A DNA stretch of 64,000 bases from Nitrospinaceae bacterium (GCA_965237905.1 OZ250172.1:1664001-1728000), one strand, 5' to 3'; positions 38,449 through 48,427 are shown, numbered from the stretch's first letter. Notes: generated from the letters alone by a model not told the origin. Translations and numbers: made by a program.

Positions 38449-40185
38449 CTAGCGGATGACAATGCCGCCGAAAATGTCCAGCGCGTCCTTTAAAACTTCC
38501 TCTTCAGAGGAAGAACCCTTTTTTGTGCGGCCCTTGCCGCCAGCGGCTTCCGGCTCGGGCGGATCGAGGGTGTCTGCCACCGAAGCGGATGTGGGTTTCC
38601 CCAACTGCAATTTGATTTTTATATCCGATTGGCCACACACCTGAGCCACGGCTTCCTTTAAAGCCTCAAAATTTTCTTCCTTCTCTACCAATCCCATGGT
38701 GTAAGGATCGGGAAAACTGAGGCGAATCTCTTTCGCGTCGAGCGCGGTCAACTGGCAATTATCCAGATAAGTACCGAGCGGACGTTTGATGGTCCCGGCC
38801 GCTGAACGAATTTTCTGCCACGCCCCCTCTGACGAGGGAGGCACCGGCGAAGCGCCGGAGCAAATTTCGTTGACCGTTGACGCCTGACGACGGTCTCCCG
38901 GCACATTTGGAGGATCCACCGGCTCATCGCGTTTCGGCGCAGGCTGTGCGGGTTCCGGTGCCGATTTTATGACCGTTGACCCCTGTCGATGATCGCTGGA
39001 CCCTGTTGAATAGCCGGGTCCAGCGTCACGCTGGCCCGCCGGGGAGGGTCCCTCCATGTGATTGATCTTATCGATCAACGCGTCGATTTCCCGCATGGGT
39101 CGAACATCTGTTAATCGTAGAACTGCCATCTCAAACAGGATCTGCGGCAGAGAACTGCGTTTCATTTCCATTTCCGCTTTCGACAACACCTGAAACATCT
39201 GTTGCAATTCATCCGGCTCGAACGAAGCGGCCTGTTTCTTGAGCGTGTCTAAATTCGTGGTCTGCCCGGACAACAACGATTCGGCATTGCCCGCCACTTT
39301 CACCAGCATCAGGTTGCGGAGATATTCGATAAGGTCGCGGCAGAAGTAGCCGAGGTCTTTGCCATGCGCAATGACTTCCGCCACCTGTTGCAGTAAACCG
39401 GCGGCGTCTCTTTGCATCACGCAGTCGACAAAAGCCGCCAGCGCGTTTTGTCCGACGATGCCGAGGACCGACTCCACCGCGCCGGAATCGATCTCTTTCC
39501 CGCAAAACGCGATGACCTGGTCCAACAGGCTTTGCGCGTCGCGCATACTGCCGGCGCCGTTCTTGGCGATCTCTTCCAGGCTGTGCGGATCAATTTGGAT
39601 GCCGTCGTGCTCGCAGATGGCTTGCAACTGGTCGATGATCTGCTGATGCGTGAGCGGTTTGAATTCGAAACACTGGCACCGCGAAAGAATGGTTTCGGGA
39701 ATTTTGGTCAACTCGGTGGTGGCAAAAATGAACACCACCTGCGGCGGCGGTTCCTCCAGCGTTTTGAGTAATGCGTTGAACGCGGCTTTCGACAACATGT
39801 GAATTTCGTCGATGATGTACACTTTGAAACGGCAGGCCGAGGTACTGTACTGAATATTATCGATCAGGTCGCGCACTTCGCCGACGCCGTTGTTGGACGC
39901 ACCATCGATCTCCATCACGTCGACGCTGATGCCATCGCGAATTTCCTTACAGAAATTGCACTGGTCGCACGGTTCGGGTGTCGGGCCTTCGGCGCAGTTG
40001 AGTGCCTTGGCAAGCAGGCGGGCAGTAGTGGTTTTGCCGACGCCGCGGGTGCCGGAAAACAGGTAGGCGTGGGCCACGCGGTCCATCCCGATGGCGTTGT
40101 GGAGGGTGCGGACGATATGCTCCTGTCCGATCAGCTCCGAAAACTTCTGGGGCCGCCATTTGCGGGCCGAAACCTGAAAATCCAT
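38449..40185 (-). CDS. dnaX: DNA polymerase III subunits gamma/tau
   Basis: ARKWRPQKF, GTRGVGKTT, IIDEIHML, SRC, GSMRDA. Confidence 0.97.
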   Translation of the reverse strand: MDFQVSARKWRPQKFSELIGQEHIVRTLHNAIGMDRVAHAYLFSGTRGVGKTTTARLLAKALNCAEGPTPEPCDQCNFCKEIRDGISVDVMEIDGASNNGVGEVRDLIDNIQYSTSACRFKVYIIDEIHMLSKAAFNALLKTLEEPPPQVVFIFATTELTKIPETILSRCQCFEFKPLTHQQIIDQLQAICEHDGIQIDPHSLEEIAKNGAGSMRDAQSLLDQVIAFCGKEIDSGAVESVLGIVGQNALAAFVDCVMQRDAAGLLQQVAEVIAHGKDLGYFCRDLIEYLRNLMLVKVAGNAESLLSGQTTNLDTLKKQAASFEPDELQQMFQVLSKAEMEMKRSSLPQILFEMAVLRLTDVRPMREIDALIDKINHMEGPSPAGQRDAGPGYSTGSSDHRQGSTVIKSAPEPAQPAPKRDEPVDPPNVPGDRRQASTVNEICSGASPVPPSSEGAWQKIRSAAGTIKRPLGTYLDNCQLTALDAKEIRLSFPDPYTMGLVEKEENFEALKEAVAQVCGQSDIKIKLQLGKPTSASVADTLDPPEPEAAGGKGRTKKGSSSEEEVLKDALDIFGGIVIR

Positions 40186-40219
40186 ATTTTACAATGAGTT
40201 GTAAGGGAGTTAAAGCAAA

Positions 40220-40330
40220 GGCAGAATTGCTGGGTATCTCACAGCACCCGGGGATACTTGCTACCGCTGCTTCCTTCCGGATCTGACGGGGTTCACAAGG
40301 CCTCGTTGCGTGAGGCCCAACAAAACTGCC
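40220..40330 (-). ncRNA. ffs: Signal recognition particle RNA (small, 4.5S type)
   Basis: Domain IV motif TCAGATCCGGAAGGAAGCAGC in a long hairpin with paired ends GGCAG/CTGCC, directly upstream of dnaX. Confidence 0.95.
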
Positions 40331-40368
40331 ATTTCGTATTCTGCAGACAATTGTATATCACCGGCTAG

Positions 40369-40797
40369 GCCGGGGCAAATTTAAAACCGGGCAAGGCCCG
40401 ATCAAGTGGCGAATCGCCGCCTCCTGCCCGGAGGGGGAGCTGGTTAATCATTACCTTCAAGCGAGAACCGTTGAGCGCAAATTAACACCTCCCTCCCTCC
40501 TTTTAAAGGAGGGGCTGGGGGTGGTTGATGACCCTTTCATCATTCTGTAGTTGCTCGATTGATCGAGCGGTTTTAAAAGACGCCCCATAAATGGAGCAAC
40601 TACAAAATAGGGAATAAAATTATCAACCCCACCTAACCTCCCCTTTGGAAGGGGAGAAATATTTCAGGTCCAGCGTCACGCTGGCCCCTTCGGGGAGGAG
40701 GCGGAGTACCTCCGCTGGTCACTTAAAAACCTTGAACTGCGCTCAATGATCATCGCCAGCTGTCAACTGTCAGCCAGTTCCCCCTCCGGGGAGGAGA
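40369..40797. repeat. Large mosaic repeat cluster (family A plus other REP-like families)
   Basis: All four 15-nt hairpin types, CCCTCCTTTTAAAGGAGGG, and TGTAGTTGCTC...GAGCAACTACA inverted pair. Confidence 0.88.
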
Positions 40798-41197
40798 GGG
40801 AGGATTTTTCCGCGCCCAGTTTTATCAAATCCTCGCTCCGAAACCCGATGCGTTTCGCCTCTTTATGGTCCTTGCGCCGGACCATGACGGTAAGCATGAC
40901 GTTGGTCTGGGTGACGTGTTGCATCAGCTTGACCGGCTCGCCGGTCATCGCAGCTCCGTAAAAAATGATCATGTCGTTGCCGTGGTAACCGATACCAGTG
41001 ATGTAAAATGGCTTGTCCCCGAACGAGACCATGGACGCGCCCACTTCCTGATCCGGGTTGAGGACGCGTTCGAAATCGGCGATGTGCGCCATCAGCTTTT
41101 TGAACATGCACTCTGCCGCTGACGGAACCCCCGGAATCGGGATGTCGCACGCAACGGTCAAATTGGGACTGGGAACGGGGGATCGATTGTCTTCCAT
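40763..41197 (-). CDS. DUF6173-like hypothetical protein; C-terminal codons repeat-derived
   Basis: IADFERVL...IGYHGNDMIIFYG...LMQHVTQTNVML. Confidence 0.7.
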   Translation of the reverse strand: MEDNRSPVPSPNLTVACDIPIPGVPSAAECMFKKLMAHIADFERVLNPDQEVGASMVSFGDKPFYITGIGYHGNDMIIFYGAAMTGEPVKLMQHVTQTNVMLTVMVRRKDHKEAKRIGFRSEDLIKLGAEKSSLSSPEGELADS

Positions 41198-41289
41198 AAT
41201 ATCACCTCAGGGTTGGTCTGCCTGATGGTTAGTCGGCTTGGGGGACCGGGTCTTACAGGCTATATGATCCCCATCTTAAAACGTCCGGG

Positions 41290-43308
41290 TTATGGGTTCA
41301 ACGATGAAATGATATCGGGAATATCTTTTAAATGCTTGAAGCGTTTTTGTTTCTTATTGAGGAGTTCTTTTAATTTCTCGGGATCGGCTGGTCTCTTTTT
41401 TAAGTAATTCTTGTAGGAGACCTGCCCGAAGTCAACAGCCAGGTCGGGAATTGGACTCAACTTTTTCAATTCACTGCTGGAGGTCAAATCACGCGGTGGC
41501 ATCCAAGCCGATAATGTGACGCAGGTGGGTTTGGGTTCTCCCTCCTTTAGCTCCGATTCCCGGCAATCTCTCACCCCCCAGTTAATATAATCTTTGTCGA
41601 TGATCAGTTTCTCAAACCAGGCGATCACCGCCTCTTGTTCCGCTTCCGTCTCATAGAAATATTTCACGAATATATAGGCTTCGCCGGGTGGAACGAGAGT
41701 CCAAACAATACCCGGAAGATCTTCAATATTCTGGAAGCGATGTTTGATTCCCTTGTATTTCAACAATCCGGATTTTAAAGTAATGTCGGGAGGCACTTCT
41801 TGGAGTTTCCGCAAATGGCTTGGAATCCACCAAAGGGGCCGAACCCCGCCGAACAATCGGACACAGGTTGAAGGAGGCTCCCCTTCCGGCTGTTCTGATG
41901 GTTCGCAATCCTCCGTATTCCAAATCAAATAACTTTTATGGATTACCATTTCTTCCAGCCAGGCCAGGAGCGCCTCGTGCTCTGCTTCGGTTCGGTATTG
42001 ATAATCCATATAAAATTCAGCCTTCTTCAGCGGGGGTTTTTCGACAACACTGGGAGGAGATATCAATGAATTCGGGACAAATGAAGATATTATTTTGGGA
42101 ATATTATCCAGATATTTAATCGGATAGGTCTTGCCGCGGTACATGACCCAACCGGAATCAAAATATACTTTGGGAACTGGATGCCATTTTTCCTTTTCCT
42201 GGCTCCAGGTCAAATCGCGAGGAACCATACTTGCGGAAATTTCCAGGCAGGTGGGAATGAAATGATCCGGCTCCGATGCATCCGCCTTGCAATCCGTTTC
42301 CGATGCGATCACCTCGCCTTTTTCTCCAACCAGCGTTTGCATCCATTGGATCGGAACCTTTTTATCAACCTGGGGTCCGGGAACCACAACAACAAAAATA
42401 TCGACCATGTCCTCCTGAGAAGCTTCCGGTCCCAGCGATGAAATTAAGTCGGGTAGTTCACTCAACAGTCTAAATTTTTTCTTCTTATCCTGATATTTGA
42501 GGAATGAAACACGCATGTAATCATCGAGGTAAAAAAATTCGCTCCACTTCTTTTTTTCTACAGGCGTAAAATCACGGGGAATCATACTTACGGAAATTTC
42601 CAGACAGGTGAAAATAAAGCGATCTGACCCCGCTTCATCTGCTTCATCCGCTTTACAATCTCTTTCTAACTCGCTTACTTTGCCCGTTTCCCCAGCCAAC
42701 CTTTGCATCCATCGGATCAGACCCGTTTTATCAACCTGGGGTCCGGGAACCACAACAACAAAAATATCGACCATGTCCACCTGAGAAGCTTCCGGTCCAA
42801 GCGATGAAATTAAGTCGGGTAATTGACTCAACACCTCAAAATTTTTCTTCTTGCCTTGATATTTAATGAAAGATACATACATGAATGTCTTGATGGAGGG
42901 GAATTCCATCAACTTCTTTTTTTCTTCAGGCGTAAAATTGCGAGGCGCCATCCAGACTTCGATTTCCAAACAGGTAGGAGTATCCACTCCCTCGCCCCGT
43001 TCCGATTCTCCACAATCGTTCAGGGTTTTAGGAATATTATAACGGCCTTCGGGCCCCACCAGGACTTTCAACCAACCCTCCAAGGGTGTGGGCACATAAC
43101 CCTCTCCCACCCCCCAGAGAAAATAAACATAAACTTCCTCCGGAGGCTTGGGTTTCGGACTGGCCGGGGTGGCTGACTCTGTACTCTGGGCGGTAGAAAT
43201 CTCCGGAGTATTCTTCGCATGCTTTCCTAAAGTCAGAACCAATATAAACAGAAAGCAGAGCATGATCAAAATCAAGATTTGCGAGCGATTCGCCGGAGGC
43301 TTTTCCAT
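41290..43308 (-). CDS. Membrane-anchored protein with five tandem about 115-120 aa Cys-pair domains
   Basis: N-terminal TM; five repeats of W...DC...TC...P...Y...[LI]P. Confidence 0.8.
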   Translation of the reverse strand: MEKPPANRSQILILIMLCFLFILVLTLGKHAKNTPEISTAQSTESATPASPKPKPPEEVYVYFLWGVGEGYVPTPLEGWLKVLVGPEGRYNIPKTLNDCGESERGEGVDTPTCLEIEVWMAPRNFTPEEKKKLMEFPSIKTFMYVSFIKYQGKKKNFEVLSQLPDLISSLGPEASQVDMVDIFVVVVPGPQVDKTGLIRWMQRLAGETGKVSELERDCKADEADEAGSDRFIFTCLEISVSMIPRDFTPVEKKKWSEFFYLDDYMRVSFLKYQDKKKKFRLLSELPDLISSLGPEASQEDMVDIFVVVVPGPQVDKKVPIQWMQTLVGEKGEVIASETDCKADASEPDHFIPTCLEISASMVPRDLTWSQEKEKWHPVPKVYFDSGWVMYRGKTYPIKYLDNIPKIISSFVPNSLISPPSVVEKPPLKKAEFYMDYQYRTEAEHEALLAWLEEMVIHKSYLIWNTEDCEPSEQPEGEPPSTCVRLFGGVRPLWWIPSHLRKLQEVPPDITLKSGLLKYKGIKHRFQNIEDLPGIVWTLVPPGEAYIFVKYFYETEAEQEAVIAWFEKLIIDKDYINWGVRDCRESELKEGEPKPTCVTLSAWMPPRDLTSSSELKKLSPIPDLAVDFGQVSYKNYLKKRPADPEKLKELLNKKQKRFKHLKDIPDIISSLNP

Positions 43309-43379
43309 AAAAAAATCAGGTCCTTCAACTGTGAGAGTTACCCCTCCAGTGTAAGGCCTGATTTAAAAATGACCAGTGA

Positions 43380-43547
43380 TTTAAGCGCCCAACCCGGCCA
43401 GCGTGACTCCGGGCGGCGAATCGCCGCAGACCAGCATGACGCTGGACCCAACCGGGCAAGGCCCGGCGCAAATTTTAAAACGGTGAATTGTGCTCAACGA
43501 TTGACGCTTGCTGTTAACGGTCAACCCGTTCCCCCTCTGGGGAAGAG
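43380..43547 (+). repeat. Family A repeat stack abutting the tRNA-Ser(GGA) 3' end
   Basis: Three hairpin types in series, then the core and TTCCCCCTCTGGGGAAGAG. Confidence 0.9.
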
Positions 43548-43637
<90 letters not shown>

Positions 43638-43669
43638 GTTTTAAAATGTGAAGCGCAGGGAAGGGATAC

Positions 43670-43843
43670 TTTGAATTGCGCCCAAGAATTCCCTCTTGCA
43701 ATGAACCGTCAGCCAGCTCCCCCTCCGGGAAGGAGCGGCAAACCGCCGCAGGCCAGCGTGACGCTGGACCCAAATTCTGAATCGCGCTCAACGATCTTCG
43801 TTCGCCGTTAACGGTCGGCAAGTTCCCCCTCCGGGGAGGAGAG
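43670..43843 (+). repeat. Tandem family A repeats between two tRNA-Ser genes
   Basis: Two cores, each ending CCCCCTCCGGG(G/A)AGGAG. Confidence 0.9.
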
Positions 43844-43929
<86 letters not shown>

Positions 43930-43936
43930 AGATATA

Positions 43937-44013
43937 TGGTGCGCCCAGGAGGACTCGAACCTCCGACCTACGGTTCCGCAAACCGTCGCTCTATCCAACT
44001 GAGCCATGGGCGC
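43937..44013 (-). tRNA. tRNA-Arg(GCG)
   Basis: ACGGT-TTGCGGA-ACCGT anticodon arm, acceptor GCGCCCA/TGGGCGC, encoded CCA. Confidence 0.95.
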
Positions 44014-44217
44014 ATGCGGCGAATCGCCGCTGATAATTTTAAAATTCTGGCTGGCGCAAATCGCTGTTCAATTTCGCCATAACACCTTTGCAAAATTTCT
44101 TCCGGGCGTGGCCCGGGCGGCGAATCGCCGCTGATAATTTTAAAACCTTGGTACGCGAACGCAACGGATTGAATTCGCAATCAGCTTCCAGCAAAATTCT
44201 CACCGGGCATGGCCCGG

Positions 44218-44889
44218 TTAGCTGGTCGGGGCCGGGATAAAGTCCATCAATTGCAGACTGTACCGCTTGTGTTCAAACGCGTAGAGGCCGGGATACTTGG
44301 CGAACGTCCAGCCGTTGTAAATCTCCTTGCCCTTTTCCGTAATCACAAGATGAATAGCCGGATTGCCCAGTGTGTTGTCCATCGACGTGTAACGGGTCTG
44401 GTCCAAAACGAAATTTGGAAAAAACGGACCTGCGCTAACGGTGATCCCGCTGTCGCCAAGTTGAAACGTCGAACCCAGTTCCACGGTCTGTATCGTGTTG
44501 CGTTCTTCATCCGATTTATCGCGGACGAGTATTTTAACCGCTTTCCATTTGCCTGCAACACTTTTCGGAACGGTAATTTCGCGGCGGACGTTTTTCTGGT
44601 CTTCGGCGATGGGCGGATGGCCGTCGATATCGGTCCCCGAACCTTCGGCCAACTGTTGATCGGTCAGGGGCGGCGGGGTTTGGGTCTCGGAACCTTCGCT
44701 GGGTTTCGCACCAGTCGTCCCGATTTCCGACAGGTCCACCGCACCCTCAACTTTGCGGTCGGGCTCCTCGCCGCATCCTAAAACCAGAAGCAGGGCCAAA
44801 ACGAGGGGGGTCCATACTTTCATCCATATCAATTTCATATGCTTTCCAAGAGGTTTCATCATTGGTAAGGTGTCTCTCTTTATTACCAT
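44218..44889 (-). CDS. Lipoprotein with DUF2155-like C-terminal domain
   Basis: Lipobox VLGC, NPAIHL...YNGWTFAKYP...FEHKRY; true start probably downstream of the ORF start. Confidence 0.7.
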   Translation of the reverse strand: MVIKRDTLPMMKPLGKHMKLIWMKVWTPLVLALLLVLGCGEEPDRKVEGAVDLSEIGTTGAKPSEGSETQTPPPLTDQQLAEGSGTDIDGHPPIAEDQKNVRREITVPKSVAGKWKAVKILVRDKSDEERNTIQTVELGSTFQLGDSGITVSAGPFFPNFVLDQTRYTSMDNTLGNPAIHLVITEKGKEIYNGWTFAKYPGLYAFEHKRYSLQLMDFIPAPTS

Positions 44890-45134
44890 AAAGAACGCAG
44901 GATTCGCAATGATGTTGTTAATCCAAACAGTTGTCAGTTGGAAATCTCTGCCATCACGGTAAGCAGGCCTAACAGCTCAGCCCCACCCAATCTGGCAACA
45001 CAGGGATCTCGGCCTTCCTTAAGTGGGATCAACCTGGCCCAACGAACACTCATCCAAAAGAGACCCCATAGAAAGTTGTTAAAATATATAGACTTATAAT
45101 ATTATCAAACATGTTTGATTTTTGAGGAAATCCT

Positions 45135-45824
45135 ATGTCTAAAAGCCGAATGACTCCCAAATCGATCCGTAGCCGCCAGAAAATTCTGGATGCAGCTTTG
45201 CTCCTGTTCGTCGAAAAGGGGTATGACAAGGCCACTATGCGGCAGATTGCCGTCCAAGTGGGTATGGCACCGGGCTCGATTTACCACCATTTCCCTACCA
45301 AGGAGCATATTGTCCAGACGTTCTACGACGTGATCCACGAGGAGCACGCGCAGGCCTGTGTGAGCATTCTGCTGAGTGAAATCAAGCTGGAGCATCGCCT
45401 GCGGGAGGTGATCCGGAAAAAAATCCAATTGGCTGAACCCTTTAAAAAGGTTTCCGGCGTGCTGTTCCGGGTGGCCTCGGATCCCCACAATCCGTTGTCC
45501 CCATTCAGCGCCCAATCCTCCCCCACTCGTGACAAGAGTCTGGCCCTGTTCCGGGAGCTAGTGGCGGGTTCCAGCGCCAAACTCCCGGAGGATGTCGACA
45601 TCCTGTTGGCCGATTATCTGTGGCTGTACCAGATGGGGATCATCCTGTACTGGATTCACGATACCTCGGAAAATTCCCGGAAAACCTTCCGGCTCATTGA
45701 CCGGACCGTCAAGCTGATTCAAACACTGGTCGAACTTTCCAGCCTTCCCCTGATTGCCCCCTTCCGTAAAAAATTCACCAAATTGATGCTCGAATTTTTA
45801 CCGGACTGGGGGAGGAGTGAATGA
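45135..45824 (+). CDS. TetR-family transcriptional regulator
   Basis: RQKILDAALLLFVEKGYDKATMRQIA...IYHHFPTKE; C-terminal PLSPFS, LYWIHDTS. Confidence 0.93.
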   Translation: MSKSRMTPKSIRSRQKILDAALLLFVEKGYDKATMRQIAVQVGMAPGSIYHHFPTKEHIVQTFYDVIHEEHAQACVSILLSEIKLEHRLREVIRKKIQLAEPFKKVSGVLFRVASDPHNPLSPFSAQSSPTRDKSLALFRELVAGSSAKLPEDVDILLADYLWLYQMGIILYWIHDTSENSRKTFRLIDRTVKLIQTLVELSSLPLIAPFRKKFTKLMLEFLPDWGRSE

Positions 45825-46975
45825 AAAGCCGACCTATCAACAAAGTACGTATTTACTGGGGAGCGTTCTTCCTGGTGCTGGTGCTGGCTTGCATGATGTA
45901 CCAGTTGCAGGTTTTCTGGGGGGTATGGTTCCTGGTGCCGGCATTGATCGGGTTGGTGTACCAATTGCGAATTTACTGGGGAGTCTTGCTGATAGTACTG
46001 GCGGTAGCCGGCATGATGTATCAGTTTCTGGTGGCCGGACATCTGGAACAGACGTCGGCCCTGTTCATGGGGATCGCCACGGTTCTGGCTCTGGGCCTTT
46101 CTTTGTTGCCGCTGTCCGAAAATGCCACGGGCAATCCAGCACCTAAAAGCACCACGGGTAATATTGTGTTGGGGACCATGATCGCCCTGGCATTGTCGAT
46201 GATTGTGTTTCGGGAGGGGGCCGTATGCATCCTGATGGCCACTCCCTTATTTCTGACGATAGGGGCTTTCATAGGCCAGGGATTGGACGCCGTTAGAAAC
46301 CCAAAAAATAAAGCCCGGATGAGAATGGTGCTGGCATTGATCTTTCTACCGCTTTCGTTGGAGGGAGTGACGGATGAATTGTCTTTCAACCGAAGCGAAA
46401 CCGTCACTGTCAGCCGAGTAGTGGCCCTGTCTCCGGATCGGGTTGAGCAAAACCTGGCCCGCATGCCGGATTTATCCAAAACCCTGCCTGCGTTCCTGCA
46501 ATTGGGTTTCCCCGAACCACAGCACTACAGTGGGGCGGATTTAAAAGTCGGGGCACAACGATGTTTTCATGTTCCGGCCAGGGAAAATCTGTCCGGCGAG
46601 GTGTGCTGGACCATCGAACAGCGAGGCTCCAACCACGTCCTGTTCAAGCTGGTGAAAGACGAGAGCAAAATTGCGCACTGGATGACCTGGCGCACCGCCA
46701 AAGTGGAATGGTCCGCCGAAGGTGGCGGCCAGCGTGACGCTGGGCGGCGAATCGCCGCAGATAATTTAAAATCTGAAATTGCGCCCAGGGAATCTACCTC
46801 GGAGTCAACCGTCAGCCAGTTGCCTCCCCTGCAAAGGGGTAACGGTCGGACCCGTGTGGTGGTCACGCTCAAATTCTGGCGGGAGCTCGACCCGGCGTGG
46901 TATTTCAGCCCGCTGGAACGGTACGCGGTGGGCCTGACGGGTGGTTATCTGATTGAAGCTTATCTGGGGCAATGA
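45821..46975 (+). CDS. Membrane protein with SRPBCC-like C-terminal region, containing an in-frame family A repeat
   Basis: Several TMs, EGAVCILMATP, FLQLGFPEP, RELDPAWYFSP. Confidence 0.7.
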   Translation: MKSRPINKVRIYWGAFFLVLVLACMMYQLQVFWGVWFLVPALIGLVYQLRIYWGVLLIVLAVAGMMYQFLVAGHLEQTSALFMGIATVLALGLSLLPLSENATGNPAPKSTTGNIVLGTMIALALSMIVFREGAVCILMATPLFLTIGAFIGQGLDAVRNPKNKARMRMVLALIFLPLSLEGVTDELSFNRSETVTVSRVVALSPDRVEQNLARMPDLSKTLPAFLQLGFPEPQHYSGADLKVGAQRCFHVPARENLSGEVCWTIEQRGSNHVLFKLVKDESKIAHWMTWRTAKVEWSAEGGGQRDAGRRIAADNLKSEIAPRESTSESTVSQLPPLQRGNGRTRVVVTLKFWRELDPAWYFSPLERYAVGLTGGYLIEAYLGQ

Positions 46976-48330
46976 TTATGGACAAAATAGAACTTGGTCA
47001 ACAAATTATCCAACTCCGAGTGCTGTTTTTGCTCGGCCCCGTTTCCCTTGTGTATCTTCTGCTGTGTTTCCGGGCGATCACCTACCGGCAGTTGACCGGA
47101 ATATATTTGTCCACCCTCTGGTGCTTTTTAAGTCTCCTGTTCCTTAACCCTTTGATCATCGAACTGGGTGGATGGGAGTATAAGGTTTCCAAAATTACGT
47201 TCATGCAAATTCCAATGGATGTGTTGATCGGTTGGGCGGTGTTTTGGGGCGCAATTCCCCATCTTATTAAAATTCCGGGAGGAGTGTTCTCCTGGGTGGC
47301 CCTGCTGTTTCTTTTGGATCTAGCGGTCATGCCCTTGTTGGAACCCTTAGTCCAGATCCAATCGGGGTGGCAGTACTGGGACGCATTGTGTTTACTGATC
47401 GCGTTCGTGCCCTCATGGTACCTGGCCCGATGGACCGCCAGGCGGGATTTTCTGTATGTCCGCAGTTTCATGCAATTAATCATGTTCGTTTTGATCTTTA
47501 ACTGGATGATCCCTGTCTCCTTCGAACCCCATAAAATTGGAATCCTAATCCATTCCCTGATCCTTGGGAAAACGATTACCACCCACGGCATTCAAATGGC
47601 CTTCTGGGATAATAGTGGAATGCGCTGGGAGGGGTTTATCTACTGGGGCACTCTGTTATTGTTCATTACTATCCCCGGGATATCCGCAGTGCAGGAATTT
47701 GCGGCAAGAGGATGGGGCACTCCGTTTCCCCTGGATCCGCCCGTCAAGCTGGTCACCACCGGTCCCTACGCTTACATCGCCAACCCCATGCAGGCGTCAC
47801 AAACATTGATCTATGTGTGGATGGGGGTAGGGTTGAACAGCATCGGGTTTTATTTTGCGGGGTTGATGGTCATCCTGTTCGCTATCGGGTACGCCAAATG
47901 GGAGGAAGAGGAAGAAATCAAAAAGCGATTTGGAAACCGGGCCTTTCGATACAAAGTCTGGGTGCGCAGATTCATTCCACGCTGGAAACCCTGGCGTAAA
48001 AAACCCGCCACGATATACCTGGATTTGTATGGATGCATCGCCTGTTCGAATCTGGGACGGGTGCTTCTTTATCTGCAACCTACCTTATTGATCATCAAGG
48101 ATGCGCGGTTTTACGCCAGCGAAGATTTAATGCGGATGGCTTACAAAGATGTGGATGGTTTTGAAGCGCAGGGAATTCATGCGCTGGGCCGGGCGCTGGA
48201 GCACGTCAACCTGATGTGGGCCCTTGTCGGATGGACGGTGCGTCTGCCTGGAATTAGCCAACTCGGCCAGTGGATCATCGATGCTGTGTTTCCACCCCAC
48301 CGCGTCTGCCGCGTCCCGGAAGTGGAATAG
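46972..48330 (+). CDS. PEMT/ICMT-like membrane methyltransferase fused to a DCC1-like CxxC domain
   Basis: GTPFPLDPPVKLVTTGPYAYIANPMQ, EEEEIKKRFG, RRFIP; tail YLDLYGCIAC. Confidence 0.78.
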   Translation: MIMDKIELGQQIIQLRVLFLLGPVSLVYLLLCFRAITYRQLTGIYLSTLWCFLSLLFLNPLIIELGGWEYKVSKITFMQIPMDVLIGWAVFWGAIPHLIKIPGGVFSWVALLFLLDLAVMPLLEPLVQIQSGWQYWDALCLLIAFVPSWYLARWTARRDFLYVRSFMQLIMFVLIFNWMIPVSFEPHKIGILIHSLILGKTITTHGIQMAFWDNSGMRWEGFIYWGTLLLFITIPGISAVQEFAARGWGTPFPLDPPVKLVTTGPYAYIANPMQASQTLIYVWMGVGLNSIGFYFAGLMVILFAIGYAKWEEEEEIKKRFGNRAFRYKVWVRRFIPRWKPWRKKPATIYLDLYGCIACSNLGRVLLYLQPTLLIIKDARFYASEDLMRMAYKDVDGFEAQGIHALGRALEHVNLMWALVGWTVRLPGISQLGQWIIDAVFPPHRVCRVPEVE

Positions 48331-48427
48331 CCGGGCGGAGCATCTCGTTTTGCAGTCCAGCCGTCATTACATTTCTTTAACAGCACCAATGCGTTTGTTT
48401 GGGTTGTCATTTTGATGAAGTGTTAAA

